This document shows, piece by piece, positions 39,560-53,809 of a stretch of DNA of 64,000 nucleotides; position 1 is the first letter of the stretch; the number at the start of each line of letters is the position of its first letter. Under the pieces are notes generated by a model. The model did no database searches. It worked only from the letters and a program-made list of their open reading frames with translations, and had not been told where the DNA came from. A program made the position numbers and the translations under genes. Source of the DNA: Lama glama (Eukaryota); NCBI GenBank assembly GCA_028534125.1, contig CM052817.1:24616001-24680000 (forward strand), read 5' to 3'.

Positions 39560-41000
39560 TCTTTCCTCAAAGGAAATCATTTCTTTAGCGATTATTTTGG
39601 TGATTTGCCTCAATTTCTCTGAATGAATGTTTCTATTGCCATCTCTTGATTTTTCTTTTTTTCAGCTTTAGGCATCATCTTCCACATGGAAGAAGATGAT
39701 TCAGCTCCCACCGCCTGCCCCACCACACACAAGGAATGTTCCCACTCCCCACAGAACCCCTCCCCACTCCAGCTTTAGTCAGATGTGTAACTGTTTATTC
39801 TATGTCAGTGCTGCTCACAGCTAAGCCAGGTAGAGAATATTTCCTTTCTTGCACAGGTTTTTCTCTGGAGGTAACAAATGGCTCTTTTTTTTTTTTTTCA
39901 TTTGTTCAGGATTCTGCATCCTTACCACTGATTTGACCCCAAATTCTTTATCATATATACGTTTCTCTTGGGGACATTTCAGTGATTCTATCAATTTCAT
40001 CTCTTAAAAGAACACCACCCAGAGCCTTTTTCCCTTCTCCAGCCCGAAGGAGCTGTCCTCCTGGCTGCGCACATTGCTGGCATCCTGGGACGTCCCATCA
40101 CCATTGTCCTGGGAGTTACTTTTGCCTCCCTCCTGTGTTTAATGCCCCACTTCCTGTTTCCCTTGCCTTCCCCTCTTGGTTTACTACCTCATTTGTTTGT
40201 TACATCTTCTAACAGACTCCTTCCCAGGAAGGGAAGGTGTGTGAAGAGTCAAATTTTTGAGAACTTTCATATCTTAAAATGTCTTTGTCCTACCCTCTCA
40301 CTTAATTGGTCTTTTGACCAAGTTTAGAATAGTGTGTGTTGAGTTTAAGAAGTCTCACACCATTCTGACCCCCGGCTCTTTGGATGTGATCTGGTTTTTT
40401 CTTTCTAAAAGCCTGTGGGATCTTGGCTTTTACCTAGCTCTGAAATATCACAGTGATGTCTTGGCGTTGGGTCTATTTTTATTTATTGTGTTAGTCCCTT
40501 GGTGAGTACTTTTACCTAGAAGCTCATTCCTCCAGTTCTGTGAAATTTTCTCAGATTATTTGGTTGATGAATGCCTCGCCTCCTCCTATTTGTTTTCTTT
40601 TTGGAGCTCCTACTGGATGTTGGATCTCCTGGACTTGTCCTCTAGTTCTGAGTTTTTTGTTTTTGGTTTTTCTTTATCTTTTCTATGTCTTTATCTCTTT
40701 TGCTACTTTATGTGAGACTTCCTCATGTTTTTCTTCTAGACTCTGTATTGAAATATTCGTTTTTGCTGTCTTGTTTTAATTTCCAAAAACGTTTTGTTGT
40801 TGTTCTCTGATTATTTGTTAACTTCTTAAAGAACGTTTTGTGCTTTTTGGCTGCAAATGACATACTGAAGATTATTACTGTCAGTTGTTTTGTTTGTGTT
40901 TTCTTCTCCCTGCTCTTTGTTTCAAGCACTCTTGTGTTCGTTGGTTGATTGGTTTCAATCTCTACGTTTCATGTTAGGGCCTCTCCTCAGATGTCTGGAG
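39560..41000 (-). mobile_element. Ancient L1-related element (HAL1/L1M-like)
   Basis: Homologous to 27450-29810 (ttttcagctttaggcatcatc, aaaatgtctttgtcctaccctctcacttaattg). Confidence 0.55.
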
Positions 41001-41418
41001 AGCAAGAGGGTGGCTGCCAGCACTCCCAGAGCCAACACTGCGTCGAGTATAAGATGTCATCAATTGTAACATCTAGTTGTCTTATACACCATAAAAATAG
41101 AAAACAATGCAGCTAATTTAATCATGATGTGCCAGTGATTATGTGTTCCAATTTCAGAGATATTAAAAGGTAAATGAATACATGTGCATCTTAGATTTGA
41201 TTAAATACGTACATTGTTTTATAATTTTGTGCATTGGTATAAAGCATCTGGCTTTTCAGTAATATTTTTAACATGAATTTTTAAAAGACATGCAATGTGC
41301 CATCTGTAAACAAGTCACTGTCAGGGGACACAACATGTAGATAAACAATGATGAAGCCATGGCCCCTCTCTACTAAAAGTTTACAGTCTAATGGAGGGAA
41401 CGTTATATAAATGAATTG

Positions 41419-43753
41419 TAGGCATACCTCGGAAATATTGTAGGTTCAGTTCCGACCACCACAATAAAGCAAGTATCTCAGTAAAGCTAGTTACACGAAC
41501 TTTTGATTTCCCGATGCATATAAAAGTTATGTTTACACTATACTGTAGTCTGTAAGTGTGCAGTAGTGTTGTCTTTAAAAATCTGCATACTTTAACTTAA
41601 AAATATTTTATTGCTAAAAAATGCTAACTGGGCCTTCAGCAAATCATAATCTTTTTACTGTTGGAAGGTCTTGCCTCAGTGTTGATGGCTGCTGACTGAT
41701 CAGGGTGGTGATTGCTAAAGGCTGTGGCAATTTCTTCAAGTAAGACAATGGCGTTTGCCACATTGATTGACTCTTCCTTTCACAAATGATTCTCTGTAGC
41801 ATGCAGCACTGTTTGATGGTATTTTGCCCACAGTAGAACGTCTTTCAAAATTGGAGTCAGTCCTCTCAAAGCCTGCTGCTGCTTTATAAACTAAGTTTAA
41901 GTAATAATTGAAATCCTTTGCTGTCATTTTGACAGTCTTCACAGCATCTCCATGAGTAGATTCCATCTTAAGGAATCACTTTCTGTGGTTATCATTAGAA
42001 GCTGCTCCCCATCCATTAAAGTTCTATCATGAAATTGCAGCAGTTCAGTCACATCTTCAGGCTCCACTTCTAATTCTAGTTCTCCTGCTGTTTCCACCAC
42101 ATCTGCAGTTACTTCCTCTACTGAAGTTGAAGTCTTGAGACTCTCAAAGTCATCTATCATGGTTGGAATCTGTGTATGTTGATATTTTGCCATCTTCTCG
42201 TGAATCACAAATGTTCTTAATGGCATCTAGAATGGTGAATCCTTTCCAGAATGTTTTCAGTTGACTGTGCCCAGATCCTTCAGAGCAGTCACCATCTATG
42301 GTAGCTATAGCCTTATGAAACATATTTCTTAATAAGTCTAGAAAATTGAAACTACTTTTTGATCCACGAGCTACAGAATGGATGTTGTATAAGCAGACAA
42401 GAAAACACCGTAAGAATCTCATTGCACATCTCCATCAGAGCTCTTGGGGGACGAGGTACACTGTCAATGAGCAGTAATGTGTTGAAAGAAATCTTTTTGT
42501 TTGTTTGTTTCTGAGCAGTAGGTCTCAACAGTGGGTTTAAGATATTCAGCAAACCATCATGTAAACAGATGTGCTGTCATCCAGGCTTTGTTTTTCCACT
42601 GATAGAGCACAGGCAGGGTAGACATGGCATCATTTTTTAGGGCCCTAAGGATTTTCAGAATGGTAAGCGAGCACTGGCTCCAACTTAAAGCCATCAGCTA
42701 CATTAGCCCCTGACAAGAGAGTCAGTCTATCCTTTGAAACTTTGAAGCCAGGCATTGACTTCTCCTCTCAAGCTATGAAAGTCACAGATGGCATCTTCTT
42801 CCAATGTAAAGCAGTTTCATGTACACTGAAAATCTGTTGTGCAGCCTCCTTCATTTATTATCTCAGCTAGATCTTCTGCATAAGTTGCTGCAGCTTCTAC
42901 ATGAGCACTTGCTGCTCCACCTTGCACTTCGATGTTATGGGGACGGCTTCTTTCCTTGTAAACAGACTTCCGCTGCCTTCGCACTTTTCTCCGGCAGCTT
43001 CCTCCCCTCTCTCAGCCTCCACAGAATTGAAGAGAGCTGGGGCCTTGCTCTTAAGGGAATGGGGGCTTTCACTTAAGGGAATGTTGTGGCTCTTTCTGTC
43101 TTCTGTCTAGATCGCTAGGACTTTCTCCATATCAGCAACAAGACTGTTTTGCTTTCTTACCATTCGTGTGTTCACTGGAGTAGCATGTGTAATTTCCTTC
43201 AAGAACTTTCAGCCAAAAAAAAAAAAAAAACCTTTCAGCCAGTCTTGGCCTTGAACATGCCTTTCTCACTGAGCTTAATAGTTTCTAGCTTTTGATGTAA
43301 AGTGAAAGACATGCGACTCTCCCTTTCACTTGAACACTCAGGGACCACTGTAGGGTTACTAACTGGCCTGATTTCAATATTGTTATCTCAGGGAATAGGG
43401 AGGCTGGAGCAAAGGGATAGAGGTGGGGAAATGGCCGGAACACACACGGTTTATCAGGTTAGTTCGCAGTCCCACATGGCTGCAGTCTGGAACCGCAAAA
43501 CAACCATAGTAGTAAGATCAAAGATAACTGGTCACAGGTCACCACAACAAATATAATAAAAAAGTTTGAAATGTTGCAAGAATTACCAAAACATGACAGA
43601 GAGACACAAAGTGAGCAAATGCTTTTGGAAAAATGGTGCCAATAGGCTCGCTTGATGCAGGGTTGCCACAAACTTTCAATTTGTAAAAACAAAACAAAAC
43701 AAACAAAAAACCACACGGTTATCTGCAAAGCACAACAAAACAATATATTCCTG
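41419..43753 (-). mobile_element. Near full-length Tigger1 DNA transposon with decayed transposase
   Basis: Termini aggcatacctcggaaatattg and caaaacaatatattcctg|ta, about 2.3 kb apart. Minus-strand ORF fragments [51 protein letters not shown] and KAAAGFERTDSNFER are Tigger1/TIGD1-like but lie in different frames. Confidence 0.92.
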
Positions 43754-43881
43754 TACTAGAATCCAAGGCAGAAAGTGACCGGAGCCATCCAACAGGTTAA
43801 AGATTCTATAGAAATTAAAAGAATGGAGTAAATTACCTTTCATTATTTTTTGTTTATTTAGTCCTTTTTTTTTAAGCAACT

Positions 43882-44018
43882 CTTTGTTTGTTTGTTTGCT
43901 GTTGTTGTTGTTTTGCAGGGAGGTAATTAGGTTTATTTTTTAATGGAGGCCCTGGAAATTGAACCCAGGACCTCGTGCATGCTAAGCAGGTACTCTGCCA
44001 CTGAGCTATACCCTCCCC
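43882..44018 (-). mobile_element. vic-1-like tRNA-derived SINE
   Basis: ggaggtaattaggttt...ttgaacccaggacctcgtgcatgctaagc...ctgagctataccctcccc is the reverse complement of the 24107 family. Confidence 0.88.
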
Positions 44019-47000
44019 GAGGAATTGTTGTTTCTTTTTTTAAGTATTCATGGAGGAAGTGACGTGTGAAATAAATTTTGAAGGATCAGTAGAATTTTGT
44101 AAAATAACAGTGGGCACGGAGGCATACCAGCTGGGGAAAATAATACGTGGAAAGGCATAGAACAAGAAAAAGTATACGTAGACATGTTTCCGCATGTTTA
44201 GAAAACAGTGAAAAACCCAGATTGGCTGGAAATAGGAGTGGCTAGAGGAGTTTCAGGGATAACCTGGGGAGGCCATTGGTACCGTATTGCAGAAGTCCTT
44301 GAATGCTTAGCTGGGGACGTTAAAGACCGGTCAGCAGTGCAGAGCCACTTAAGGCTTTTTTTTTTTTTAACATCTTTATTGTGGTATTGTTCCTGTACCA
44401 TAAACTACACATATTTCAGATGAACAATTTGATGAATTTTGAAGGATGTATACATCAATGAGATCACTACCACAATCAAGATAGCTAACTTGGGACTGGG
44501 CTAAGAGCATTTCTCCAAAAGTTGTTTCTGTATATAGTGAATTATGCTAGTAATCACAGAGACTTTGGTAAAAATTTAAACATTTGCTTTACTTACTCAA
44601 ATTCTGTACATCATGATTTTCATAATGAGCAAAACTATCTTCTAAATTAAGTACTTTATTGAACTTTATTAAGCATGTAATCACTGAAACTTTTGATTGA
44701 TATGTCTCCAAGAAGCAAATTCCTTGAATTATTTTTCTGCTTAGTTGAAACTTTAGCCATCAGAGAAGAGGTGTATTGTCAGGTAATGTTTATCAGCAGC
44801 AGTAACTAACAGCAGCTTTTGGCTATTGAACAATTCCAACACGCCAAGCACGTGATAAACAGTTTTCAGGGTGTGCCATTAAATCTTACTACAATCTCAT
44901 TTTATAGATGAAACACTGACACGTGGGTAGATTGTGAATTGATTGTTAATTGAGTGTCAGCTGCTGGGCTGCAAACTCAGGCCTGGCAAATTTCAAAGTC
45001 CTTGTGGCCAGAAACTCCATTCCCCCACATCCCTGCCTGGCGCCCCTCAGGAAACTTTCGAGATACAACTTGGCCGGGAGAAGGAGGCAACTTGCAGGCC
45101 TCCATTTTCACTTTTTATTTTTTTTGGTTGCAGGAAGAGAAGCTAAACTTCTAGAGAAATCTAATGGACAATCTCCACAGCAGGTGAGCTGTTCTCTTTT
45201 TTATGCATTGGGGGAAAAGTCTGTTCTTTGCACTTTCTGGTAAGTTTTCTATTTCTCGATCTTTTACCACAGTTCTTATTACCTGAAACATTAAAGCCAG
45301 TAGACAGAGCAGTCCCCAAAGTTTACTTCTTTCTGACTCATGCAGGTTTGAGTAGAATTCTGTTATTTCATTTTTACTTCTGTTGTTTGGGGGTCCAGTT
45401 CTAAAACGTGCGCCATTCGGCGTGACACATCTAAGTCTTCACACTGAAAGATTCACAACACGGGGCTGAAACCAGAAGGCTGAGGATTACCTTGCTTGAG
45501 CTCAGCGAGAAATGTGCCCCTCAGACCGTTCAAATTTGTCACCACTGCACATGTCCAGAAATGACCCCCAAAGCACAGCACGTGTTAATTTGGGAGCTAC
45601 AAATAAATTTTAGCCAGTAGATAAATTCACCAATATGGAATCCGCAAATAATGAGGACTGATTGTACATATGTGCAAAGCCAGGTGGATGAACCCCTGGC
45701 ACATAAGAAGTTCTATGTAAGTTTACTCTCTGTATCATCATCTTCATCATTCTCTGTTATTAAATACCCCACGGGTCTCAGATGCCTTTGAAAAGTTTTC
45801 AGCGGGGACATGATAAGATTCAGATGTGTGTCCTAAAATAAATCACATGACTTCTGTGTGGCCAGTGTATTAGAAGGCACAGAGTGATGCAGGCAATGAG
45901 AGGATACTGCAGTCATTCAGGTAAGAAAGAAATGATGATGTCTGGGAACAGAGCAGTGGCAGCACACACAGAGAGAAAAGGGCAGGCCTGAGAGAGAGTG
46001 TGCGTGGTGGCATCCCCCGGAGTGTGGCCTGGAACCCACCGGCACCATCACCTTGTGGCTTTGGCCGCAAGTCTTCTCCTGTCTTCCCAAGATTACTCAG
46101 GTGTTCCTTGCCTTAGGTAACATTCTGCATAATGTACTTTAATCTCACACTTTTAACACTCCACTAGTCATCTACTTATACATCTGTCTTCCTTGCTAGA
46201 CGGTGACTTCTTTTCACACCCCTGGAATCGAGTTCGGGACTTGCACATAGTAGGTGCTCAGGAAGTATGTGCTGCATGAATGGGTGGTGAGCCCTTTAAC
46301 AAACAGCCGAGATCGCTGCCTCTTTGTGTTCCTATGACTGGCAGAGTGTCTTGTCCTCAGTTAGGTGCCCAGGGATATTTGAGGCTTCAGAACCACACTC
46401 AGTCTTTTCAAGTGCAAAATCTATTTTTCCTATACTTCAAAGGAACATTGAGGTCCCAATTCCACACCCATAGGGTCATCTGCAAGCATGGGACAGTCTG
46501 TGTTCTCTTGTCCCCTGACCAGTCCATGCCTCCAGCCTTGAGTCCAGAAGCACATACATAAAGTAAGGTGGCTGGGTGGGATGGTCACTAAGATTCGCTG
46601 AGGTTTGGGCACTCTAGGACCCTGGAAATTGCCCAGAACTAGTTCATTCCAAGCATCTATCATTATTTGCAGCCTTACAAGACGATGGTATATAAACTTC
46701 TCCCCACTTCGCCTCCTCTACAACCCCCTCTTCATTTCCAGAGCTTAACTTTTTCTAACTGCTTCACATTTCTTCCAGACTTCTCCCACCTCCCAGATAA
46801 GGCTACTTACCCACCGTAGAGACATACCCTGTGTTGGAGACATGCCTGATTCCTGAGGGACTCCAGGGAGGATTTGGTCAGAACATCACCCATTTCTATT
46901 CACAGCTTCTAGAAGCGACTAGGCCAGTTGTTAAAGAATATTCTCGTGGACGATGCCCACGAACAGGAGAGCAGCCAACATCTATTAGGAACCCACTACT

Positions 47001-48164
47001 TGCCAGACACACATGGCCAGGCCTACCACGTGTGTAAACCATGTGATTCTCATAGGAACCCTGCTCAATTAGATGTTACTGTTTCTCCACCTAATGGCTG
47101 GCAAAGCTGAGATTCAGAGAAGTTAAGCAGCTTACTCCAGGTCATCCAGCTTCGAACACCCTCTCCACGCCCTGTCCTATGTCAGGTATGCAGCAACGGC
47201 AACCTGTACTTTAGGCAGCACCAATTTTTGCAGAACCCACTGCTGTTCTGTATATTACTTAGCAACTTAGCTAGAAAGCCTTTCTAGGCAAGGTCCAGCC
47301 AGGAATGGGAACTCAGGGACATTATAGTTAGTAGGTTATGTGGGTACTGGAAGAGCTGGGAAACCAAATGAGATGGTGAGGCAACACAGAGATGGTTTAT
47401 AATGAACTGCATCTCATCTGCTGCAGTCAGAAGCCTACTCCAGGAATTTACAGTCCAGAGAACAGGGGCATGGCTTCTCAAACTTTTCCCCTAAGACAGT
47501 TCCCACCAAGGGTACAAGAAGAGGAAACTCGTCTAGAGGGCTGGCTGCAAGCTACCAACAGAATTTGAAATTTTAAATAAAAATAATGGGCTTCTTTCCC
47601 CAAAACCTTCAAATTGGGCCGTATTTATTTTATGACTTATCTTTACCTCCTAGTTCATGGCCACGTACCCCCATCCAGAAGATGGGGCCCCAGAACAGCT
47701 CACACCACATGTAGGCCATGGGGTCTGGGGGAGCGCAAGGATGGCCACAGGGAAGCACCATGAAACAGGCAGGCCCAGTGGCATCAGATCTAACCCCTGC
47801 ACACCCCACAGGCTCCTTCGTCCCCCAGCCTCTGCCACAGAATTATTGTCCAGACACACAGGTCCCATTTATGTGAAAAGAGGTCTCTATAGAATTATAG
47901 GAATCCTTTGACCCCACCACTGTCTGGCCAGACTACAGAGTAAGTCCCATGCCCAGGCAGCGCTGGAGGAAACCCTGCCACAAGGTGGTACCGTGGCCAC
48001 CAGGACTTAAAGGTGACAGTAGTTGTCTGAATATTTACCACGTCACCTACTCCTTAATTTTGCCACATGGCAAAGCACCTACAGGATTTGTGCCCTAATT
48101 CGCGTGTTCAAGGTCTTTCCCACACCAAGTCCCTCCCTTGAAATTAAATTAAATAACCACTATA

Positions 48165-48184
48165 TACTGCCATCTGGTGGCGAA
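48165..48184 (-). promoter_or_regulatory. Candidate CTCF site
   Basis: Minus strand TTCGCCACCAGATGGCAGTA fits the CTCF core CCASYAGRKGGC in apparently unique sequence. Confidence 0.6.
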
Positions 48185-48479
48185 TAGATGAAACCACACC
48201 TGTGAAATTCTGTCAGCCAAAATCAGTTCTCTTTTGCAAAAGCTGTTTGATCACAAGCTGCTTCTTATTGTGTAATCCAGCAGATTCAAAAACAACAGAA
48301 CCTCCTAAGAGGGATTATTTTAATATAATAGGAAATATTATATAATATCTAAATATAATATATAATCAGGAGATACAAATAGTAATGAAAACAAAAACAG
48401 CATTAATAATAGCTGTGCTGTAGTACTTTCTAAGTTTTATATCCATTTATTTATCTATAACATACTGGCTTCCAACCTT

Positions 48480-49186
48480 TGTAGATGGTTGGTGGGAATG
48501 TAAGTTGGTGCAGCCACTGTGGAAAACAGTATGGAGGCTCCTCAAAAACTAAAAATAGAGCTACCATATGATCCAACAGTTCTACTCCTGGGCATATATT
48601 TGAAAAAAACAAAAACATTAATTTAAAAAGATACATGCACCCCAGTGTTCAGAGCAGCACTATTTACAATAGCCAAGATAGGGAAGCAACCTAACTGTCC
48701 ATCAACAAATGAATGGATAAAGATGGTGTGATATATATACGTAACAGTATATTATTCAGCCATAAAAAAAAAGAAATTCTGCCATTTATAACAACATGGA
48801 TGGACCTAGAGAGTATGATGCTTAGTGAAAGAAATCAGACAGAGAAAGACAGATCCTGTATGATATCACTTATATGTGAACTCTAAAAAGTAAACGAATG
48901 AATATAACAAAACGGAACAAACTCAGATTTAGAAAACAAACTAGTGGTTACCAATGGGGAGAGAGAAGGGTGGAGGGGCAAGATAGTGGTATGGGATTAA
49001 AGCTACTATGTATAAAATAGATCAGCAATGAGAATGTATTGTAAGCACAAGGAAAATAACCATTATTTTTTGATAATTTTAAATGGAGTATAATCTATAA
49101 AATACTGAATCACTATGCTGTATACCTGAAAATAATATAATATTGTAAATCAACTTCAGTTACTTCAATTAAAAATAATAAATAAA
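48480..49186 (+). mobile_element. L1 3' fragment with A-tail and TSD, next to MIR remnants
   Basis: ggtgggaatgtaagttggtgcagccactgtggaaaacagtatggagg ... cttcaattaaaaataataaataaaa. Flanks atactggcttccaacctt / atactgctttccacctt. Confidence 0.9.
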
Positions 49187-49617
49187 ATACTGCTTTCCAC
49201 CTTAAAGGGTTATTGTAAAGTTGAAATGAATGAATACATGAAAGTTTCTAAGACTGTACTTGATGCATGTTAAACACTCAAATGTTAACTACTTATAATC
49301 ATTAATAAGCCCTGGCAGGATGCCAGGCATTATAGTAAATGCCATACATACTTCTGCCTCATTTAATTTTCAAAACAATCCTGATAAGCAGGAATTGTTA
49401 TCATTCCCATTTTGCAGATTAGACAGCTAAAGGTCACAGATGCTGAGAAATTTGCCTAGAGGTCACAAAGCTAAAAATGGTGGAGGTGGGATTGGAACCC
49501 ACAACTCTGACCCTAATTTGCCCATTTAACCACTATGCTGAATTGCTGGTGTGGGGTGATAAATCTCAAATGTTTATATCAGTTCCATCCCACCGTACAC
49601 ACACATACCCAGCCCCA

Positions 49618-49618
<1 letters not shown>

Positions 49619-49668
<50 letters not shown>
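49619..49668. repeat. (CA)n microsatellite, about 25 units
   Basis: Directly visible. Confidence 0.97.
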
Positions 49669-49670
<2 letters not shown>

Positions 49671-51899
49671 CCTCCGTGCTCATCTGCTCATAGAGTCTGC
49701 CATCCCTGCCCCCGAGCTGAGTCCTCACCCTTCCTGAGGAAGTTGCTGTTACACTCTCCCCATCTCAAGGCTCCAGGGTGCTGGCCAGCAGTTCCCTCTG
49801 ACAAAGAAGCCACGGAAACTTTTTCCAAAGAGCTGCAGACAGGAGGGAATGAGATGGAGGACTTGGGCCTGAAGGGAGGAAACAGGAGGAGAAGCTTTGT
49901 GCGTTCAGTCAGGATCATGGGTTGGGGTGAGTGTGGACTTGGGACCCAAACGCACAGCATCAGTATTGGGACGGGGGTAGTTTACAAACCACTGAGCTGG
50001 GCTCTCCGCCTGCAAAAGGGTCCTGTTGGTGCCGCCTTGCCTCAAGTGTTCAATGAGGAAACAGTGTGGGAGTCAAATTGGGTGGAGGGTCTATGAGGGG
50101 AGTAACCTCCCTTCGTGGACTCACCACTTGGACTGGTAGATTTGGAAGAGGGCTTCTATGTCATGGACTCGGGCAGAGGAAGAAACTGAGCCATCAAGAG
50201 ATGACACAACTTGCCACATCCGTGCAGCTGGTGATGGAGCCATTGCCAGGACATGAACTTATTGCACCTGGCATGGATTCTGCCTGGCTGAGCTCACCCA
50301 AACACCAACCACCATCTGACAATATGAGTTTGGGGCACAAAACCCCTCCTGATCATTAGGACTGTCATTTCAATAGTTGTTTTCCCCAAAGTTCCACAAA
50401 ACACAAGTTCTGTTGGTTGTTACTGTCTTTTACCGGGGGAAAAAAAGTTCTGTGGTTAAAAAATTTGGGGAAATACTGGGTTGAACATGGTGACATTGTT
50501 CTTTTTCATAACTATGAATGAGTTCATCTTTAAATCTCTGCTATTCCCAAACCTATTTGACCAGGGGGCCCTTTGGCAGGGGAGGAGGGTGAACATTTGA
50601 ACACATCTCGGCATAGATATCCCATCCACCCCAGTTCTGGGTGATGCTGACAAGCATATTGTAGCACACTGACTATTGAGAACACATCAAATGGACTGTT
50701 TGATGGTGCTGATAACAAAAGTCTTCGTATAGTCTTTCAGTTTCTCCAAAATCACTGAAGTTCATCAGCCCCTCTTTAGGAGAAAGGGGAACACACCAGA
50801 AAATTTTGTTCCAGAGAGTTTTCAAAGCCTGCACAGAAAGGAGGAAATGGGTCTGCTGAGGAAAGAGATTGGGTAGTCAAGAATTATCTTCTTGTCCTTT
50901 TTCTACTATAGATTCAGTACCATCTATGAAGTTGGGCAGGCAGTCTTTAATTTATTTTATAAAGCGCCTGGTGGTTTCTGCAGTTCCTGGTAGTTATTTT
51001 TATCCATCCCTCTTTCGTCCAAGAGGTCCGTACCCAGAAGTGACTCGCTAAATGTTTTTCAACTTCACCTGCTGGCCAGGTTAAGGTGAAATCCCAGACT
51101 GTTTTCTAAACATCGACCAGTTGATTTATCAAAACGGAGTTGAAATGTAAGTGTTTAGTTTTATTCTGTCTCTCTTCCAAGCACTCCAACTTCTGTCAAC
51201 TCAAGCCACTTCCCAGCAGCTGCTCTGAAATCCCATTGACTGGAGCCCTGGAAACGGGACATCCTTGACCCTTGGAGTTACATGACGGAGGCTTTGCTAT
51301 TTCCCACGCTGCGAAGGGGAACCACAGTCCTCCTATCTCTCTCAGTTCAAGTCATGTACTTGGCTTTTGGTTTTGGACCACTGGGTGGAGTGAGATTTGA
51401 TCGTGGGAAGGGATAGACCTTCTTTTGGAATCACTTATAAAATCTCACACTCAGCATTCATTCATTCACACCCGTCACTCACCTGTCATTCCTTCACTTG
51501 AATACCAGGCCTGACGTGCTCTGTGCGAGCAAGATACTGCCCTGGGTTAGGCATTGTCTGTGGGGGGCTTGTGTTCAGGAAGGGAGCAGACAGCTGAGCA
51601 ACACCAGAGGACCCGACTCTGAGTCCCTCTCCAAGATGGGGCAGCCCGAGGACAGGAAACATCTCCTTTGTCGTGGGAGTTCTAATGCCCGGGACTGACT
51701 GTTGAAGAAAGGTGTTTAGTACGGACTCAGAATGGCAGCTCCTCTCCAAGGCCTTTCCCCATGTGCTTCTTTATAGGGAATCACTTAATAGCAGTGGTTT
51801 CCTGTAGGTTTTAGGTCCCAGCCCAGGGACCAGCAGAACGAGAACTAGACCTGACATCAGATTAGTGCTTTTTTTTTTTTAACTTTCCTGCTTTTTTTC

Positions 51900-53530
51900 C
51901 CTTTTAACTTTTGATTTTGACATCATGTCAGACTTACTGAACAAGAAAAAAGTACAAAGAACCCTCATATACTCAGTCCCCAAATGTTAACATTTACCAC
52001 GTTGCTCTGTTCTTCTGTCTCTTCACACACTCACACACAATTTTATCCTGAATCATTTTAATATGTTACAGATACCATGCCCCTCTGTTCCTAAATACTT
52101 CACTGTGAATTTCCTAAGAACATGTAACCCCAGTACAATGATCAAAATCAGGACACTAACGTTGACCGAATACTACTGCCTAATCTACAGACGTTATTCA
52201 GCTTCACCGTCATTTCAGTAACGACCTTTTACAAAAAGATCTGGCCTAGCATTCAACTGTCGTGTCTCTTTAGTCTGGAATAGTTCCTCAGTCTGTCTTT
52301 GTTTTTTATAACATTGTATTTTTTAACTTTAAACTTTTTGTTTTTATACGGTTTTTTTTTCATTTACTTTTTCTAGGTTTTTTAAAGTTACTTTCCATTT
52401 ACAGTTATTACGAAATATTGGCTGTGTTCCCCACGTTGTACAATAGATCCTTGAGCCCATCTCACACCCAGTATTTGGACCTCCCACTAGTCCACCCCTA
52501 TAGTGCCCCACCCCTCCCACAACCACTGGTTTGTTCTCTGTATCTGTGAGTCTGCGTTCCTTATGTTATATTGACTAGTTTGTTCGGTTTTTTATTCCAC
52601 ATATAAGTGATATCACATGATATTTATTTTTCTCTGTCTGACGTATTTCACTTAGCATAGTAGCCTCCGAGTCCATCCATGTTGCTGCAAATGGCAGAGT
52701 TTGTTCTTTCTTATGACTGAGTAGTATTCCATTGTATATAAATACCACATCTCCTTTATCCAGTCATCTGCTGGTGGACATGTAGGTTGTTTCCATATCT
52801 TGGCTATTATAAATAATGCTGTTACGAACATTGGGGTGCATGTATCTTTTTGAATTAATGCTTTGCATTTTTTTTGGATATATACCCAGGAGAAGAATTG
52901 CTGGGTCATATGGTAATAACATTTCACTTTTTAAAAGAGTAGAGACCTGTTGTTTTGCAGAACATCCCTCAGTTTGGGTTTGACTGATGTTGCCTCCTAC
53001 TTCAATCCAGATTATGCTCTTTCGGCAGAAAAGCTGCAGAAGTGACGCTGAGTTCTCGGTGCGTCACATCGGAGTCAGAGGTAGCTGATTAGTCTCATTA
53101 CTTGTGATGCTACCTTTGATGATTTGATTAAGGTGCTGTGAGCCCAGTTTCTCCGCTATAAAGATACTCTTTTACCCTCAAGCGTGTGGTGGGAGGATAC
53201 GTTGAGACTGAATGCCCCATCCTCCTCAGACTTTCACAAACTAGTCTCAGCATCCATAGATGATTCTTGCTTGAATCATTTATTACTGGGATGGTTGTCA
53301 AATGGTGATTTCTCTAGTTCCATTATTCCTGGCTTTCTATTTGTAAGTCAGAGCTCTCCCTTTTAAAAATGTATATCCTCTGGATCCATAGATCCTTGTT
53401 TTATTCAGTGGATTATAATCCTTTACATTAATGTTTATTCCAATGTTCCAGTTCCTGATTTGGCCGGGAGAACCCCTACAAGCTGGCTCCTGTGTCCATG
53501 TGACCTGCCCTTGTCATTCCTTAAGATCAG
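51900..53530 (-). mobile_element. Old L1MC-like 3' UTR with a younger nested L1 (~52335-52930)
   Basis: Outer: cctaaatacttcactgtgaatttcctaagaac, ccctcagtttgggtttgactgatgtt. Inner: minus-strand ORF 52652-52927 TCTPMFVTALFIIAKIWKQPTCP..WIKEMWYLYTMEYYS (L1 ORF2 C-terminus). Confidence 0.8.
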
Positions 53531-53809
53531 CACTATTCAAAGGCAGCCTTTTGGGGCTAGATGGAACCTTTTTCTGTATTCCTTGATTTCCTAATAGGTA
53601 CTCAGTCAATTTCTCTGCCTGGTTGAAAAACTCCTGGCTCCCACCCCACTCTGCCCCAATCTCCCCATTTCTCCCTACCTCCATCACCAACCCCCTGGTG
53701 AAACAGGATTTTCCAGCAAGGAGACTTGACTAATAAGTGATGGGGTGTCCGCATGCCCACCTTCAAACACAGGAATGTTTAATTTCAGCACAAAACACAG
53801 AACAAGAGT

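Noticed and set aside
41736..42552. Transposase ORFs as a domesticated gene
   Set aside because: Split over several frames with stops, inside a Tigger1 copy.
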